Assembly (NCBI GenBank): GCA_964035545.1 | Contig: OZ037771.1 | Location: forward strand, 14,073,133-14,137,132 | Direction: 5' to 3' | Length of the DNA stretch: 64,000 nucleotides | Source: Bugula neritina | Lineage: Eukaryota; Animalia; Bryozoa | Part shown: one piece after another, positions 26,003 to 40,302 of the stretch | Layout: each line of letters starts with the position of its first letter | Numbering within the stretch: the stretch's first letter is position 1 | Translations under genes and position numbers: made by a program | The notes under the pieces: generated by a model | Seen by the model: the letters and a program-made list of their open reading frames with translations, nothing else | What the model was told of the DNA's origin: nothing | The model's database searches: none

Positions 26003-28092
26003 TATTATTATTTTTAATTATTATTATTATCACTATCAGTAGCAAAAAAATAATTTTATATTTGTTATTAGTTACTACTTATAGAAATTGAGTGCCACAG
26101 CTTGAGGGTTATAAAGTCAGTCTTAGTCAGTGTAATGGGGATGCTGATACTGACATTTGGCTTTGAGCTCATACTTAAATTGCTAACAACTATACCTAAG
26201 GATAACAGGAGTATTAAAATGTTAATTTATAAGAATTATAACCTTAGAGTGGAGATATTATTCTCAATTTATTTAGTTTTTACTTTACTAACTTTTATTT
26301 TATTCATCAACCTTACTGTCTATTTAAATAGCAAACTAAAGAATAATTATGAAGGCCTTTGAATTGAAGTACTTTTCTGTAGCTGATTAGATTTCAAGTA
26401 TTAAAATAACATACTAAGACAGAATACCATTATATGAGCTAGATTAATAAAGTAAAGAAGATTTCTTTGTTAATCAAAATATAGGTGTCACATATGCCTA
26501 TTTTTAAGATTATGTTCTTATATGTGCTGTCTTTTTAATATTTTTAAAGTGCTACATTTTGAGGGTAGCCTACATCAATATGACTGCCCTGTAATTGCTT
26601 GTCAACTATAAGAGTTAGACCTATAAACTGTCTCATTTTCAAATTATCTTTACTTTTCTAATTGATGTTAACATGACTATTCCTATTAGTATTTTGGTGT
26701 TTACCATTAGTAATGTTTGAACTAACATCAATATCATTGTTAATTTGTCTAATTATTCAAATTTTAATATTCATCATTTGTGAACAGTAAAAAAAATTTT
26801 GTCTTTCTTAAATTAATGTGATGCTAGATTAGCTACTCTAGCAAGTGTGTATTGTGCAATGAGTACTAATGCCATATTTTTGCACTTCTTGTTCTATATA
26901 ATTTAGATTTAAGGTAACAATTCCTAAAGCTATCACATAATGCTGCTATCAGTTATAAAGATGTCACTGATCCAAACATTGAAAACCAGCTGAGTGCATG
27001 CAAGGTTGAAAACTTATTTTCTCTGGTTAGGTAAGTAGAAAGGTATTTGCTGTAATTTACAACTATTTTGTTTTCAACATCCTTGATGTTCATCTCTAAA
27101 AGATAAGTAGCACATAATGGTACCTGCTTTACTTAGCAGAAGAAATTATTGTCAAAGCTCTATTACTACATTTTAAATTGTATGACACTCTTTTGACTAC
27201 ATTCGATTTCATATCTCAAATAATTATATTTCTGACTCATGAAACTGTAACCACACACTTGAGAACAAAATAAATAATGATATGGAAGCTTTCTTTACCT
27301 TTGTCAATTTAGTCAACAGCCAATGACTGAAAACATGTTTTGTACACTATTGATTGCCTCTCTATTTCCGCTATAAGGCAGAAACTTTAATCTCAAAATT
27401 TAAGACACTGGCAATTCTTCCCAATAATACGTTGTTCAAAACAAATATTTTTTGCCAAGTAATATAGTATTTAATTATATTTTTTAGTCAAAGAAATTTG
27501 TTTGGTTTCTTGTGTCATCTTGAATAGCTTGTTATTCATTATCTTTTTCTTCGTGTTATGACTATGAGTGTATATAACCTTTGCTGACAGGTTTTTTCCC
27601 CATCACTATATGTTTTCTCTTTTTACTCTCTAACAGTTTTATTTCCGTTCATTTTTAGAGTTTACTAAAATGACATGGGTGTGCTTTGTTGTGGCTCCTA
27701 ATTGAGCGCATCCGTTGAGATTATTGGAAGTTTTGTTGAAACTGAGCTGAGGCCTCTTACTCCTAAAGGCAAGAATTTGAGTCATCTTAGCTACTTGTAG
27801 CATATCAACATCGAACAGCACCATTCCACTACTCTAAGCTTAAGGTTTTGGCTGCATTAGATCAACAGGTAAGTTTAATAGTTTGTATTTCGTACACTAT
27901 TTCATGATGTCTGTTCAGCATTTACTTGGTAGCACACATTTATAGATTTTGCATTCTTTTAGTTTTTTGCAGTACAACTTTTCTACGCAACTATTACACT
28001 GTTGTTGCTGTTAATTGTAGTTTATTCTGCTTGACCATGCAATTATTGAATTATGTTGCAAAGGTGATTGAGTCCTTTTATTTAATTTAGTA

Positions 28093-28442
28093 CACACTGG
28101 AAATCTGCAGTTTTTAGCCATTTTTACAATTTAGCTGCTAATGAACAATGCTTTTTGCTTAAAATTAGTGAGACATCAAGAAATACACCTAAATAATCAA
28201 GGTTCTTCTTAATTTTGCATGATTTCTCATGTTTTTTCCTATTTATTCATTTCATTTGGATTGCCTACTGTTACAAACTAACCGTGGCGATCCCCAGTCA
28301 GAAGTGGCTGTAATTAGAAAAAAGCATAGGAAATCAAAGAAAATTAAAAAGAGCCTTGATTATTTAGGTGTATTTATTGATATTTTTTTAGTTTCGGGCC
28401 AAAACTCATGTTCATTAGCAAAAACTTGAGATCTTCAGTATG
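28093..28442. mobile_element. ~350 bp palindromic MITE flanked by TA
   Basis: TA-CACACTGGAAATCT...AGATCTTCAGTATG-TA ends. Internal inverted arms aaatacacctaaataatcaagg / ccttgattatttaggtgtattt. Confidence 0.7.
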
Positions 28443-30438
28443 TACTAACTTAAATAAAATGAACCAATTGCAGTAAATTTCTGCATTTTCTAATACTTCT
28501 TAAACTTACACCTAAAATAGTGCTGTCTTAAGAAAATGACACTAGCTGCTGTTTTCATGTATGTGCCCCAATTGTATATAATGCTGTTGATTTGTTTAGT
28601 GCTTTTTCTATTTGTTTGTTATATAACTTTTCTTTTATGGTTGTTGCCAGCACCTAAAGCATTATTCATTAGTGTCAATTAATTTCTACTCACAGTTTTA
28701 CTGTTACATAGTTTATAAAGCCCTTGTGTCAACTTTTCTAGATATCCTGGTTAAAATTGTTCCACTTGATGAATGGCATAGGGCATATGCAATAGCAAAA
28801 CAGTTAGTTGCAGGCTGTTTTGGAAAAAAAATTGTGCTTATAACCTTTATTTTATACATGTTATTTAGGCTTTGGTAGAACTGTTGGAGAGCCTTCCTCT
28901 TGAATAAAGCTACTCAACTTCCCGGATTCTACTTTATTGACATTAACCCACTACCTACAAAACGCCTTGAAATTTAGCTAATAAATTATGTATTTTGTGA
29001 GTTTTTTCAAATGTACAATGTTATGTATAAATTACAATCAGTTTATATATATATACATGTCTTTTGCTACTTAGTATTACAGTGTAAAAAGCATTTCAGG
29101 GTTAACAATTTAATTAATTGGCCCTAACAGTAATTATGTATAATACAGATTTGCAGATGCTTTAAATGAACCCAAAAAGCTGATGTTGTTAAACAGTGTA
29201 CAAAATAGTCACCTCATATCAGCCAGACATGCTTAGTCATTACCTAGCATTAAAATCATATTATGAATGCAGTCAAGTTTTGATATGCATCCCTATTATT
29301 GATAGTTTGTGAACCAGCAATTAAATATCAAGAAGCAATATTACTAACCAATGTGCTGGTTAAAGAGTTTCAAGTTGTAGTTATAGTATCAAACTATTAT
29401 AATGGCATAAAAACTATCAGTTAAAACATCTTATTAATATTTACTACAGGAATACATATTATAGGTGTGCTAAAAATCTGGTAGAAGCATCAATTATTTT
29501 AGATGTTTTGGATTTAGTATCTCTGTACTATAATGTAATATACAGAACATCAGGTGCTGTCTCCACAGTGCATTGATGGCACTAATGAATATTAATACAT
29601 GCAGGCAGTGTTGGTAATGATCTATTAAAATAGGAGTTTAAAAACCGTTTAAACAACAATGAAATGCCTGAGATTAGTCCAAGGAGAGGGGTATTTCAAG
29701 CTAGCAGATGAGCAATATAGATGCGAAAGTCTTGCCTAAAAATCATTATTGTTATATCTAGTCATTAATTTCTTGCAATAGATCTATTTCACTATTGAGA
29801 AGAACAAAATTAGCTAGTAAACAGTGTAATAGAGTCAAGGCACTTTGGCAGTGCTAGTTTAAAATAAACCTGGGATAGTCGAATAGCAGAAGTACTTTTT
29901 GATGCATAATATAATTATGTACAGCTTAAGATTTTGCAATACTGTGTTTTCAGTGAGATATTAATTTCAATAGCTACATTAAAATAATGTACAATTCTAG
30001 CAAGTGATGCAAAATCTTCTAAGATGCTATGACTGTAGCAGTTTGCTACTAGTCTCAAGTAACAAACCAAATAGCCTTTCTTTGTGCCATCATCCAAATG
30101 CCAAACAAATAACTCATCCACTCTGTAACAACAAGGTGGTCTCCCAAGTAGATTGTTAGACATTTCAGGCATTAATAACCAAAGGCTTTTCACTTTGGCA
30201 TAATTGTATAGTTACCCAGCTAAATAAATAATGTATTCATGGTATTGTAATTCCAAGCCATGCATTTATCTGTGAATGCAGCTAAGTATTTAATACGCCA
30301 TACATTTATGTACTATGTAGCAATGCCTAATGTAGCTGTCAAGCTTCTACTTATACTCATTTTACTGATGCTTTTACTTCTGATTACATGATTACAAACA
30401 TAGCAGTTCAAACAAAATTATTTTAGATAGGAATAAAT

Positions 30439-33430
30439 CAGGGCATAATTTCACAGTATCTCGTCCTCAGACATAACACTTATGTACCAATACGAGATAC
30501 ATTACATCATAAATAAATGTTGTCTATCGGCAAAAATTTTGCAGTAGCCAATCATAGTACTATAACAGGGCAGTCTGAGTGTAGTATCTCGTTTATCGGC
30601 ATAATTATAATAGCCCATAGTTGAAGATGGAGTTGGAAGCTTTTCAAATACCTCCCACATATAATAGCATTTATGCTGGTCCCTACAGCTAAATAAACAT
30701 TATGGTAGACCAATAATCATGAAAGCTCCACTCATTTGTAACTGGAGGATTTGTAGCACCACAATACTAAATTTCTTGCATTGGAGGTGCTTAGGCTGTG
30801 TTGTCATAGTGATATGTACTTATTGGGGCTTGGTATAAAATTAAACCTGACAATTATAAGGATTAAAGTATTATTGCTGTGGTTTCAACTGACCAACTTT
30901 GGAGTTATTATCTCGATTCTTCGTCAGGAATGGTTAGATAATTTCATGCAATAATGAGTTTTGGCTTTATATCATTATAAATATCTACATTGATGGCAGC
31001 ACTGAGCTAGAATTCTAATATCTTTTCAAGCTCATTGGGTGGCAGATTATTGGCTAAATTTTATGCAGATATTGAATAAATAATGTGGTTTGATAGTTGT
31101 GCTATATTGTTAGGTTCACAAGCATCTTTAAAAAGTTATAATTATTGTGTTGACCATAGGTCAAAAAATTACCTAAAGAGAGGGCAGACAACTCCAAAAG
31201 ATTGTTTTCGCAGAAGCAAGTAAAATTCAGCTAAACTGAATACTCCAACTGATCAACATTTTCATCTATTAAAATTGAAGAAAAGTTAAATATTATTATA
31301 CTCTTCTAATCATGAATAGGCACAAGCTAAAAAGATATTTATTTCAAAAAATATAAAAAGTAAAGTAACACAACAATGTTTGCAAACGCAGACCTAAAAA
31401 TGTGAATATTCTAGCTTGAAATTAAGTCTGAAATTCAGACTTTTCGAGGTTGAATTGACTTTAATTGACTCACCAGAAAAAACAATTAATAAAATTATAA
31501 AGACAAGCATGTAATGAAATATGTAATTCATTAGCAAAACTGGAGGAAAGCACTTTTTTTTCTAGAAATTGTTCGATTACATAATACATTTTGGGCAAAT
31601 GATGTTTTTTAATAAAATGAAACTGTTGTATTGTTTGGCTAGATGAAGTTTCAAAAGAATTTTTAATATTTTCTCAAATAAAGTAGACATGCACTCCATT
31701 TTCACATTTTTTGGCAAAACATGATTGGGATTCAGTAGTCAATCAGTTAAGTTTGACACAAGGAGTTGTCACATCCATTCCAAAGAACAAGACCATCTAC
31801 AATAACAAACATGGAAAGTACCTAAAATTACATTTAAGTTTACAACAGTCCTTAAAATAAATGTTGCCTTTACCAATGTTAAAAAAGAACATGATGTAAT
31901 GCTATGTTTACTTAGACTAAATCTTGCTGACTTACAATGAAATTCATTCATTTCAATTTGAAAATTCCTGTCAATAACTTGACTCTATGCTAACAACTGA
32001 TTGTAATACCAAAATCACACTGCTACTTTTAGTTTAGGGAATTCGTTTTCATCATTAGTTCAATATTCAGCAGAGGTTTTTCTTTAATGAACAAACAATA
32101 GGCATACATGCAGATGAAATATTAGGTCTAGTGAATACTAATTTTGTGCCCAACAAAAGAAAATGAAAGACTGCATGAAAAATTAACAACTCTAAAAACT
32201 TGCAATTTGAATGAGGCTCAGGCTTTTAGGTGAGCAAGAGTAACCAGAAGAGCTACTTTAATGGAAGAAATTACTGACTGATTGTGTAGTTGCAGGCTGC
32301 ATGATGTGTTTTGATCGTCACAACCACTTTTGAAAAGGGAAAATCCATTAAATTAAGACTACTGGCAAACAACAGAACGATAAGGAAAAAATACCAAGTA
32401 GAAATTCACTTCTCAAAGCAAACTGTAGTTAATACATTATAGATGCTTAGAAGAAGCAGGCAATAGTGAATGCTATATAGTGTAGATCAGGATTCTATAC
32501 AATGACAAGTAAACTGAAATTCCAGTGCACTTTGAAACTACTTGTAAGAATGGGCTTAGTGCTTTATAGTGCCTTGAAATTTTTTCAAGTCTAATTGGCA
32601 CCATGCTATTAGAATTCGCAGAGAGATGACCCTTTAAACTTTCACTTTAAACTTTAATACCTTCACGATTTTCAGTAAGAAATTCAATTTATCTAGGTCT
32701 GAAATTTCACCGAGTTGCATTGTAAAAGCCGCTGGTCAAAATGTTTAGTTTGTGATAACTTAATCAGCTGATTTCAGAATAACAATCATTGGGAATGACA
32801 TCTTCATGTAGATATAGATATTTATGCTTATAATTATATCGGCTGCCTTCATCAATCATCGATACTATGCTGCCAAATCAACTAATTAATTACAGTTGGA
32901 AACTTCAATGGGCATTGAATAGCAATTTGGCAAGTTATACTTTTAATATTACAAAAAGAACTTATGCATCAATGCATCAATATGATTTAAAACATAGGTG
33001 GGTACTCGGCAAGTGATATTAACTGAAACTGGAACTTTTTTCATGCAGGAAAAGCATCAACGCAACTCAACAGAAACTTAAAAATGTCCGGCACACTTTA
33101 TGCTTTGGCAACATGCACACAATAACCTCGTTTATGGTACAAACCTTTTTGTTGATTGTTTTCCAACATTTTCACTAGAGCAAACCCGAAAGAAATTTGG
33201 AAACTGCATAATGACGCCAGCCACCGTGGCATCATCTTCTCTGGAAAATTATTGACAAATCATCACCCAAAAACTTCAGCAAAGCCTCCATCAATAGTAT
33301 GTAATACTTTAGGTGAAACTAAAAAGAAAGAGACAATATTTTCGTGTAATTTAACCCATCAATAAACGCATCAATAGTTAGTGTGGCCACGGTTTAAACC
33401 TCATTAATTTCATGCTATTTAAGGCTTTTA
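30439..33430 (-). mobile_element. Probable heavily decayed hAT-like transposon (right boundary uncertain)
   Basis: Starts CAGGGC exactly where duplication similarity stops. Minus-strand fragments PRWLAS (~33220) and NLANNLPPNELEKILEF (~31020-31065) resemble hAT transposase RW and C-terminal motifs. The second TIR was not found. Confidence 0.35.
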
Positions 33431-34364
33431 CAACTTAAAAGATGTAATTCATCTGCAAGAGAAATGTTAGGTATATGAAATGAGTAGAAGTGCAAAAGCA
33501 AGCAGGTATTAAGGAAGGAAGAGTTAGTAGGTGTACTTTGACTTGCGATAAATCAATGTGATACCAGATGTGAATTTTGAGGTGTGTTTAGTCCAATCTC
33601 ACTGAAAAGGTAGAAATAGCTAAATTTACGAGACACACAATATTTTATAAAATACTGCACATTCATTAAAACTTTATAAAACTCTAGTGTGAAGGGTGAC
33701 TCACACTTTTAAACCGTAGATGAGCTAAGTTGTAAAAGTTTGATGAAAACCTTTTACTCTATAAATTTATGCAACATAAAATACTCTCCACATATTCAAC
33801 AGCTACGAAGTTTTGTTGAAGATAAACTTCCTCAACAAATATACAGAAAAAAGCTATTTGAAAGCCAAATTTCATTAGCATATTATAAGATTATTTGTGT
33901 TTCATCTTTATAAACAGTGATTTAGTCATTTAACTGATAACTAATGATTTCACTTTGTTTTTCATTCAATAAAAACTAAGTGTAGTTGGTGTTAAAAACA
34001 GCTTTCATTTCTCACTTTTTTTCTCACCCTAATCTGCGTAGGCAAACAATTGGATTGTTTCAAACACCACATCAGTAAAGCGTGACAGCATAGCCAGTGG
34101 AGAAAACAATCATCTATACTGCTGGATCAGTGGCAACTTGTGAGTGTGTCAGAGTAGTGTCTTGTTGGGTGACTCTACAAATAAATTATGAATTTGAATA
34201 TACTACAAAGTTGCAAACATTGTTTTAACAAAACACAGCATTTATTTGATGTTATATGTAAAGCTCAAGTTAGTATAATATATATTAAATAAATTTTAGC
34301 TTTCCTTTTGGATACTCTGAAACAAAATAAAAAAATAAACCAAAATTGGGTAAAGCCATGCAAA

Positions 34365-34640
34365 CTAGAGAGAGAAAGAGAGTGGGAGAGGGGGGTGGGA
34401 GAGAAAGGTTAGGAGAGAGGATGGAAGAGAGATGGGGTAGACGAGAGAAAGGGAGAGAGTCAGAGAGATAGTGGAAAAGGGAGGAGAGTAAGGTTAGGAG
34501 AGAGAGAAGGTGGGAAAGACAGAGAGTGGGAGAGAGAGGGAGAAGGTGGGAGAGAGGGAGGGTGGGAGAGAGGGAGAGAAAGAGAGAGAGGTTGAGTGGA
34601 AGGTGTGGGAGAAAGAGACAGAGAGAGGAGTGAGAGAGCT
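34365..34640. repeat. Polypurine (GA-rich) tract
   Basis: Almost pure G/A for ~275 bp. Confidence 0.9.
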
Positions 34641-36499
34641 TCCAAACTAACACCATTGACTTAAAAAATGTTGATAAAAACTGCAGCAAGTCTTTAAAAA
34701 CGATGCTAGCAAGTTCAAAGCTCACTATAACGTTCAAAATCAATAAAATGTCAAGTTCAAAAAACTCATCTGCGAGCAAAAAATAGTTACAGAGACAACC
34801 AGGTATTGGGCAAGAGCCAGCTAATAGGAGTACCTTTTTAGATAAGCTGCATGCAGGCACAGTGAGATAGCATCGGTGAGTGGTGTCTTCGTTTTAATTT
34901 CCTGAAAATGAACATAAACAAATGCTAGTAATGAAAGTTTTCAGGGTTATTAAGGGTGCAATTTTATCACTAAACATCATAGCCATAGCAAAAATTGCTC
35001 AGTACAAATTTAAGAAAAAATTCTTTCATCCATTACATAATATCCAAAATCAATTCCATTTATTCAATTCATCAAGCTGAAAAACCAAGAATAATCAGAA
35101 AGACAGTAAAATCACTTTCTCGTAAAAAACAGCTTTAAATCAAAATTGTTGGGTTCAGCTCTTAAGCTAAGACACCGATGCATTGAAATACAAAAAAGAT
35201 CAGCATACTTTTGACTGTCACAAAATTTATTTTACGTGCATCAGACATTTTAAGGTCACCCGCCAACCGCGCAGGACCACGGCGGTAAAAGGTGACCAGA
35301 CATTTTAAGGTCAATCAAAATCAAGCAAAATTCATCTCCATTTCGCTTACTGCTTTATGCTGCAGCTTATTTTTGCTTACCAAGTTTCTTTCTGCAGAAG
35401 AATTGTAGCTAGCTTCTCGATTTGCCATCTTTATTCCAGTCCCGGTTCAAATGACACCTTGATGGTATTAAATATCCATGCAAGCTAAAAAATATTTATC
35501 AATCAGTACAACAACAGAAACACTTACAATGATCCAAATATTAGTATCACATTACGATAACATTACACAGTAACACTATGTTTAACATTGTAATATTGAA
35601 GCATGACTTTGTGGTAGTTTGATATGCTATAGCAAAAGGCAGAAAAACCAACTGAAAAACCAACAGAAATAATCAAGTACAATTAACTAAAGTAAATAAA
35701 CTCACTGAATAGTAAATATTTTACTATACTTAGTGAATTGATTTACTTCCATTAGGTTTACTTTCATGATTAAATGCTTCTGTCTATTTTCCAGTTTATA
35801 GGAATATATTAAAAGTGAAACTAACTATAATTACTATTACCTTATCTAGTTTTGACTATATATTTTTCACAAATATAAACATAGTTATATGCATATCCCT
35901 ATTGTGACTGCAGATACCATTGCCGTAACTGAAATCAAACTTCATTCTACTTCAAGTTTCTAACATTGTCCTAGTTCAAAGACTAACAAGTGAATAATTA
36001 ATAACTGTGAAAGCTGCAAAAAGTTACTTTATTATTAAATAAGATACAACTGATTCTACCGTATATGATACTATGGTATCTGTATTAAATTAAAACATAA
36101 TTATGAAAATCAAAAGTTGTACTTTGGGCACTTATATTATAGTAATTAAATTGACAGCTTAAAATAGGCACATTAAACTATGATTGCAATTTTTATCCAT
36201 TTATCTTTATAATTGAAGAATTATGATTTATTCTTACACACTTTATCATTATATTTAATCATCCTGACTTTCAGTCTGTCATAGTGATTACTACTATATG
36301 AAAATGACTTTGACTTAGGAGTCATAATTATAGTCACAGTGTTGATAAGTCAACAGTGTAGAATTAACACAGCACCAGACTAGTACTACCTCCAGCTTTC
36401 AAGTTTATGTTAGGGTATCTCTAAGACTAAAGAGTAACCCTAATAATGTAAGCAAAAAGCAGTGAGTAATAAGCATGCTATTCAACTTCAAGTTTCACT

Positions 36500-39400
36500 A
36501 TTACTATAACTAATACCACATGTATTTTAATAAAATTATGTAGCTGGTGAGTGAACTATAAAATTAAGTGGGGATCAAACTTTGAGCAATAATAATAGAA
36601 ATAATATTAGGACAGAGGTTTCCAATTACTAGTATGTGAAACCAAAGAAGAATGAATAACTACTATTAGTATTATTACGTTTACTTTATATTTAGTTTTA
36701 CCAGTTCGTATTATGATTATCTTACTTTGAATTGTAAAGTATAATAATTATAATATTCATAGTATTATATTTATATTATTAATTAATATTTGTATTAGTA
36801 AAAACATTTGCTTTAAGTTGCTTGTTTATTAAATTATTCTAAATCCTAATAACGATAATCTTAATATTAGTGATAATCATTATGCTCCTCACTATCCCCA
36901 AGTGCTATCAGTATGACCATCGCAATGTGAACCTAGACAGGAATGTAAAAAGGCACTGCAAAATAGAACATGGGATGGAGGCAGATATCCATATCATGAT
37001 ACAAATATCGATATTGAAGTTGATAATCATAATTATTATACAAATATAAATGATAATAACTACAATGATCAAAAATAAATAATAACAAAGAGTTTTCGAA
37101 TTACTATTCATAAAATCAAAGATCACATTTATAAAGATATAACCATATCTATTATTAAATTTAAGTCAACTATACTAATAGCAATAGTAATAGAAATAGA
37201 AAAAAAAAATCAATTTTAAGACAAAGAGTAAGAAAAATACTAAATCGATATTTAAAATTACTTATTTTTAATTTTAGTCACTTACAGTCAGTCTTAGTTT
37301 AATTTTTACCACTGAGTGTTTAATTTCAAGTTCACTTTGACAATAAACTTGAAGACTTTAACTAAGAATATGTATAACTCAAAATTCCAAATTGGTACAA
37401 GTAAAAGTTACAAATGAAGCTTTGTAATACTATTTTAAATTATTGGTATGATAGCATTATATTTTGACTCATAGCAATACTGATGGTGACAATTTCAAAC
37501 ATACCCATACCATTACTGTTACAGTTTAAGTTACTATTGCCGTTGTGATTGCCAGTAATGAGTAAATATTATTTAAATTTAAATGACTATTACTATTACT
37601 ATTAGTATTACTATCACTATCAGTACCGGTACGAATATAAGTATCACCATGATTCAAAATCAATGTATATTTTATCGATTTACTTTTATATTATCATTTA
37701 TCATTATGTTCATCACTATGATATTATCATGATATTAATTTTTAATTTAAACATAATAAAATCATAGGTATAATCATAAATAATCATAATGATGATCATA
37801 ATTATAATGCATAATTTTACTTTTAGTTCAGATTCAATGATTTAAGAGTAAGTGAAAGTTACTATAACTATTGCCATTGTGATTGTCAGTAATAAGTAAA
37901 TATAATTTAAATTTATATGACTATTATTATTACCAACACTCAGACTTACTCGGAGTCACTCTGTCTCTAAGTCTGAGTCTCACTCCACCAGTCCACGACT
38001 ACTCACACTGACAGTGACAGAGTGAGAGTGACACTGAATTACTATTACTATAACTATTAGCAAAATATATCAACATTATGGTTATCTTATTAGTTATTAC
38101 AATATGTTCGGCATTGATGTTGAACTAAAAATATTAATAGTTATTACAATCACAATGACAATGCCAATATCAATATGAATATCAATATGATCAAAGACAA
38201 ATGATTCCAAGCAGTTGAGTAGTAATTTATAAGTTAAAGTAGTAACTGTAAGACTAAGTAACTGGTAGCTGATACTATCAGTGATAGGTCTATACTTTAT
38301 ACCAATTACCTCAATAATATTACCTATATTACCATAATATGTTACCTATAATATATTTCTTTTCCAGCTCTATGCTTTATACCCTCTACTAAGTCTTATG
38401 CCGCGCACGTGACAAGAATGTAAGGTGAAGGTCACTCACAGCTGAAATCGCCAAGGATCTGTAATCCGTTACTGGTAGTAATATTTGTAGTAGTCGTACT
38501 ACCAGTGATCTGGATTTCTCTATGGCACTACGAATTGAATGTTGACAAGACGCGTGCATGTTCGCTGTCGGTAAACTAATTTTTACTGAATTTCAATCAT
38601 GCTAAGCTGTAACTTGTTTTCTAATGAAATAATATATTCGATAATAATATTAATGAATATAATAATAATATTTTATCATTTAATTTTGTAACTTTTACTT
38701 TTAGTTTTAGTATCTCGGTTTTGCATCAAAATTTACATCAATATGATTATCATTATGATTACAAAATGAAAATAATTATCATTAATCATTACCATTTATA
38801 TTATGATTATGATTAATGTTAGAATTACCAAAATTATAATGACATAATGATAATCATAATGCCAATGATAATCACAATCGTAACACTAATAGTAATACTA
38901 ATACCAAGACTAATAGTCAAACTCAAGGATTGAGCCAATGATTCAGATTGTCTAAATTTAAATAAATAAATTTCGGCCTTGGGTTTAACTTTATAGTTCA
39001 CAATTTTATTTTACATTACGACTGAGAGTCACAGTAAGACTAAGAAAAAGAGAAAGACTAAATCGTACCTCTCTTGCAGTTATTTTCAAAGTTTGTAGTT
39101 GTACTATTACTAGTACAGTAGTAGACGTATTAGTAGTAGTACTAGTAGTAGTAGTAGTAGTACTAGTATTAGTACTAGTAGTAGTACTAGTGTTAGTAGT
39201 AGTATTAGTGGTAATAGTAATAGGACTGCAATCTTAGATGTAAGTCTAATGAAATACTAATAGTAAAAGTATAAGTATAACTTTTGCATATTTAGTTTTA
39301 CTATAAGTGTAAATATAATTAGTAATAGTAAAACTCAAAGTATATACATTAACTCAGTTTAGCATTAATGATTAAATATAATAATTATAATAAAGTAAAA

Positions 39401-40300
39401 TGATCACCATTGCGATTATAATTAAAATTCTTAGTAACACTTTTATGAGACTCAGTTTAATTTAATAATATTAAACATTAGTTTAAGTTTGGCTACTACA
39501 AATAACTAATAAGTGCTACTATAGATAACTGTAAGGATAAGTATAAATTTAACTATAACATAAACTATCAGCAATAATAATATATCATATTGGTATTAAA
39601 CTATATATAGATAATGCAAATCATAGATCATACCTCATGATAGTTATTCCTAATGATCACATTTTTATATGCTGATGCTAATAAGTAGTAATTTTAAATT
39701 TGATAACTCATAAATGATGAATAAGGTAACAAGAATAATACTGGACCTAATATTGCTATTAGTCCTACTACAAGGATTTTATTATCTTATATGTGTAATA
39801 CGCTTCTTTTATTAATACTGCTGCTCAAAGTTAGTGTTAATAAATTATGTAGTTAAATGTTGTTGAAGGAATAAATTAGTTCATAACATAAACATTGCAC
39901 CATGTGAATATGAAATTTAATATGAATATCCCAGTTACACTTGCTGTTGCTCTTTAGAGACTAGAGTTATAACTTATAACTATGATATAATAATGCATAC
40001 CATTATTTTAACTAATCATATTACTCAGCTAATGTTAATGATAACTGTAAGTCTAAAAACCATTACGGTTATATGTGTCACTGACTAATATTATTTTTAA
40101 TATAATCATTCGTTTTATACTTGTACCTATATTTATATTTATACTTATACCTATTTTTATACCTATGCTCATATTTATAATTTCACGTATGCTTGTACAT
40201 TTTGCTCATAGTATCAGGGTGGCAATCGAAAAGTCATAATCGATATGTTAATCTAATATAATAGAACCAACTGCACTAATATAGTTGTATATTATTATTA
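36500..40300. repeat. Extended AT-rich low-complexity region with 3/6-bp periodicity, including (AGT)n at ~39110-39225
   Basis: Degenerate att/atc/act/agt repeats throughout. Confidence 0.7.
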
Positions 40301-40302
40301 TT

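Larger units (their letters stand above)
25095..30438 (+). repeat. Segmental duplication copy A (partner ~42342-48498)
   Basis: Near-identical sequence, e.g. 2 differences in 26401-26520 versus 43650-43769. The ORF track shows duplicated ORFs. Confidence 0.95.

Noticed and set aside
26102-26362. Hydrophobic 86 aa ORF conserved at 43351-43611
   Set aside because: Conservation is explained by the recent duplication; non-ATG start and AT-rich composition.
27639-27824. Minus-strand ORF with QLGATTKHTHVILVN resembling NHL QLNTTHVILVD
   Set aside because: The match is short, no other NHL motifs are present, and the splice signals here favour a plus-strand exon.
34285-34860. 191 aa Leu/Ser/Pro-rich ORF
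   Set aside because: Largely an artefact of the stop-free GA tract.
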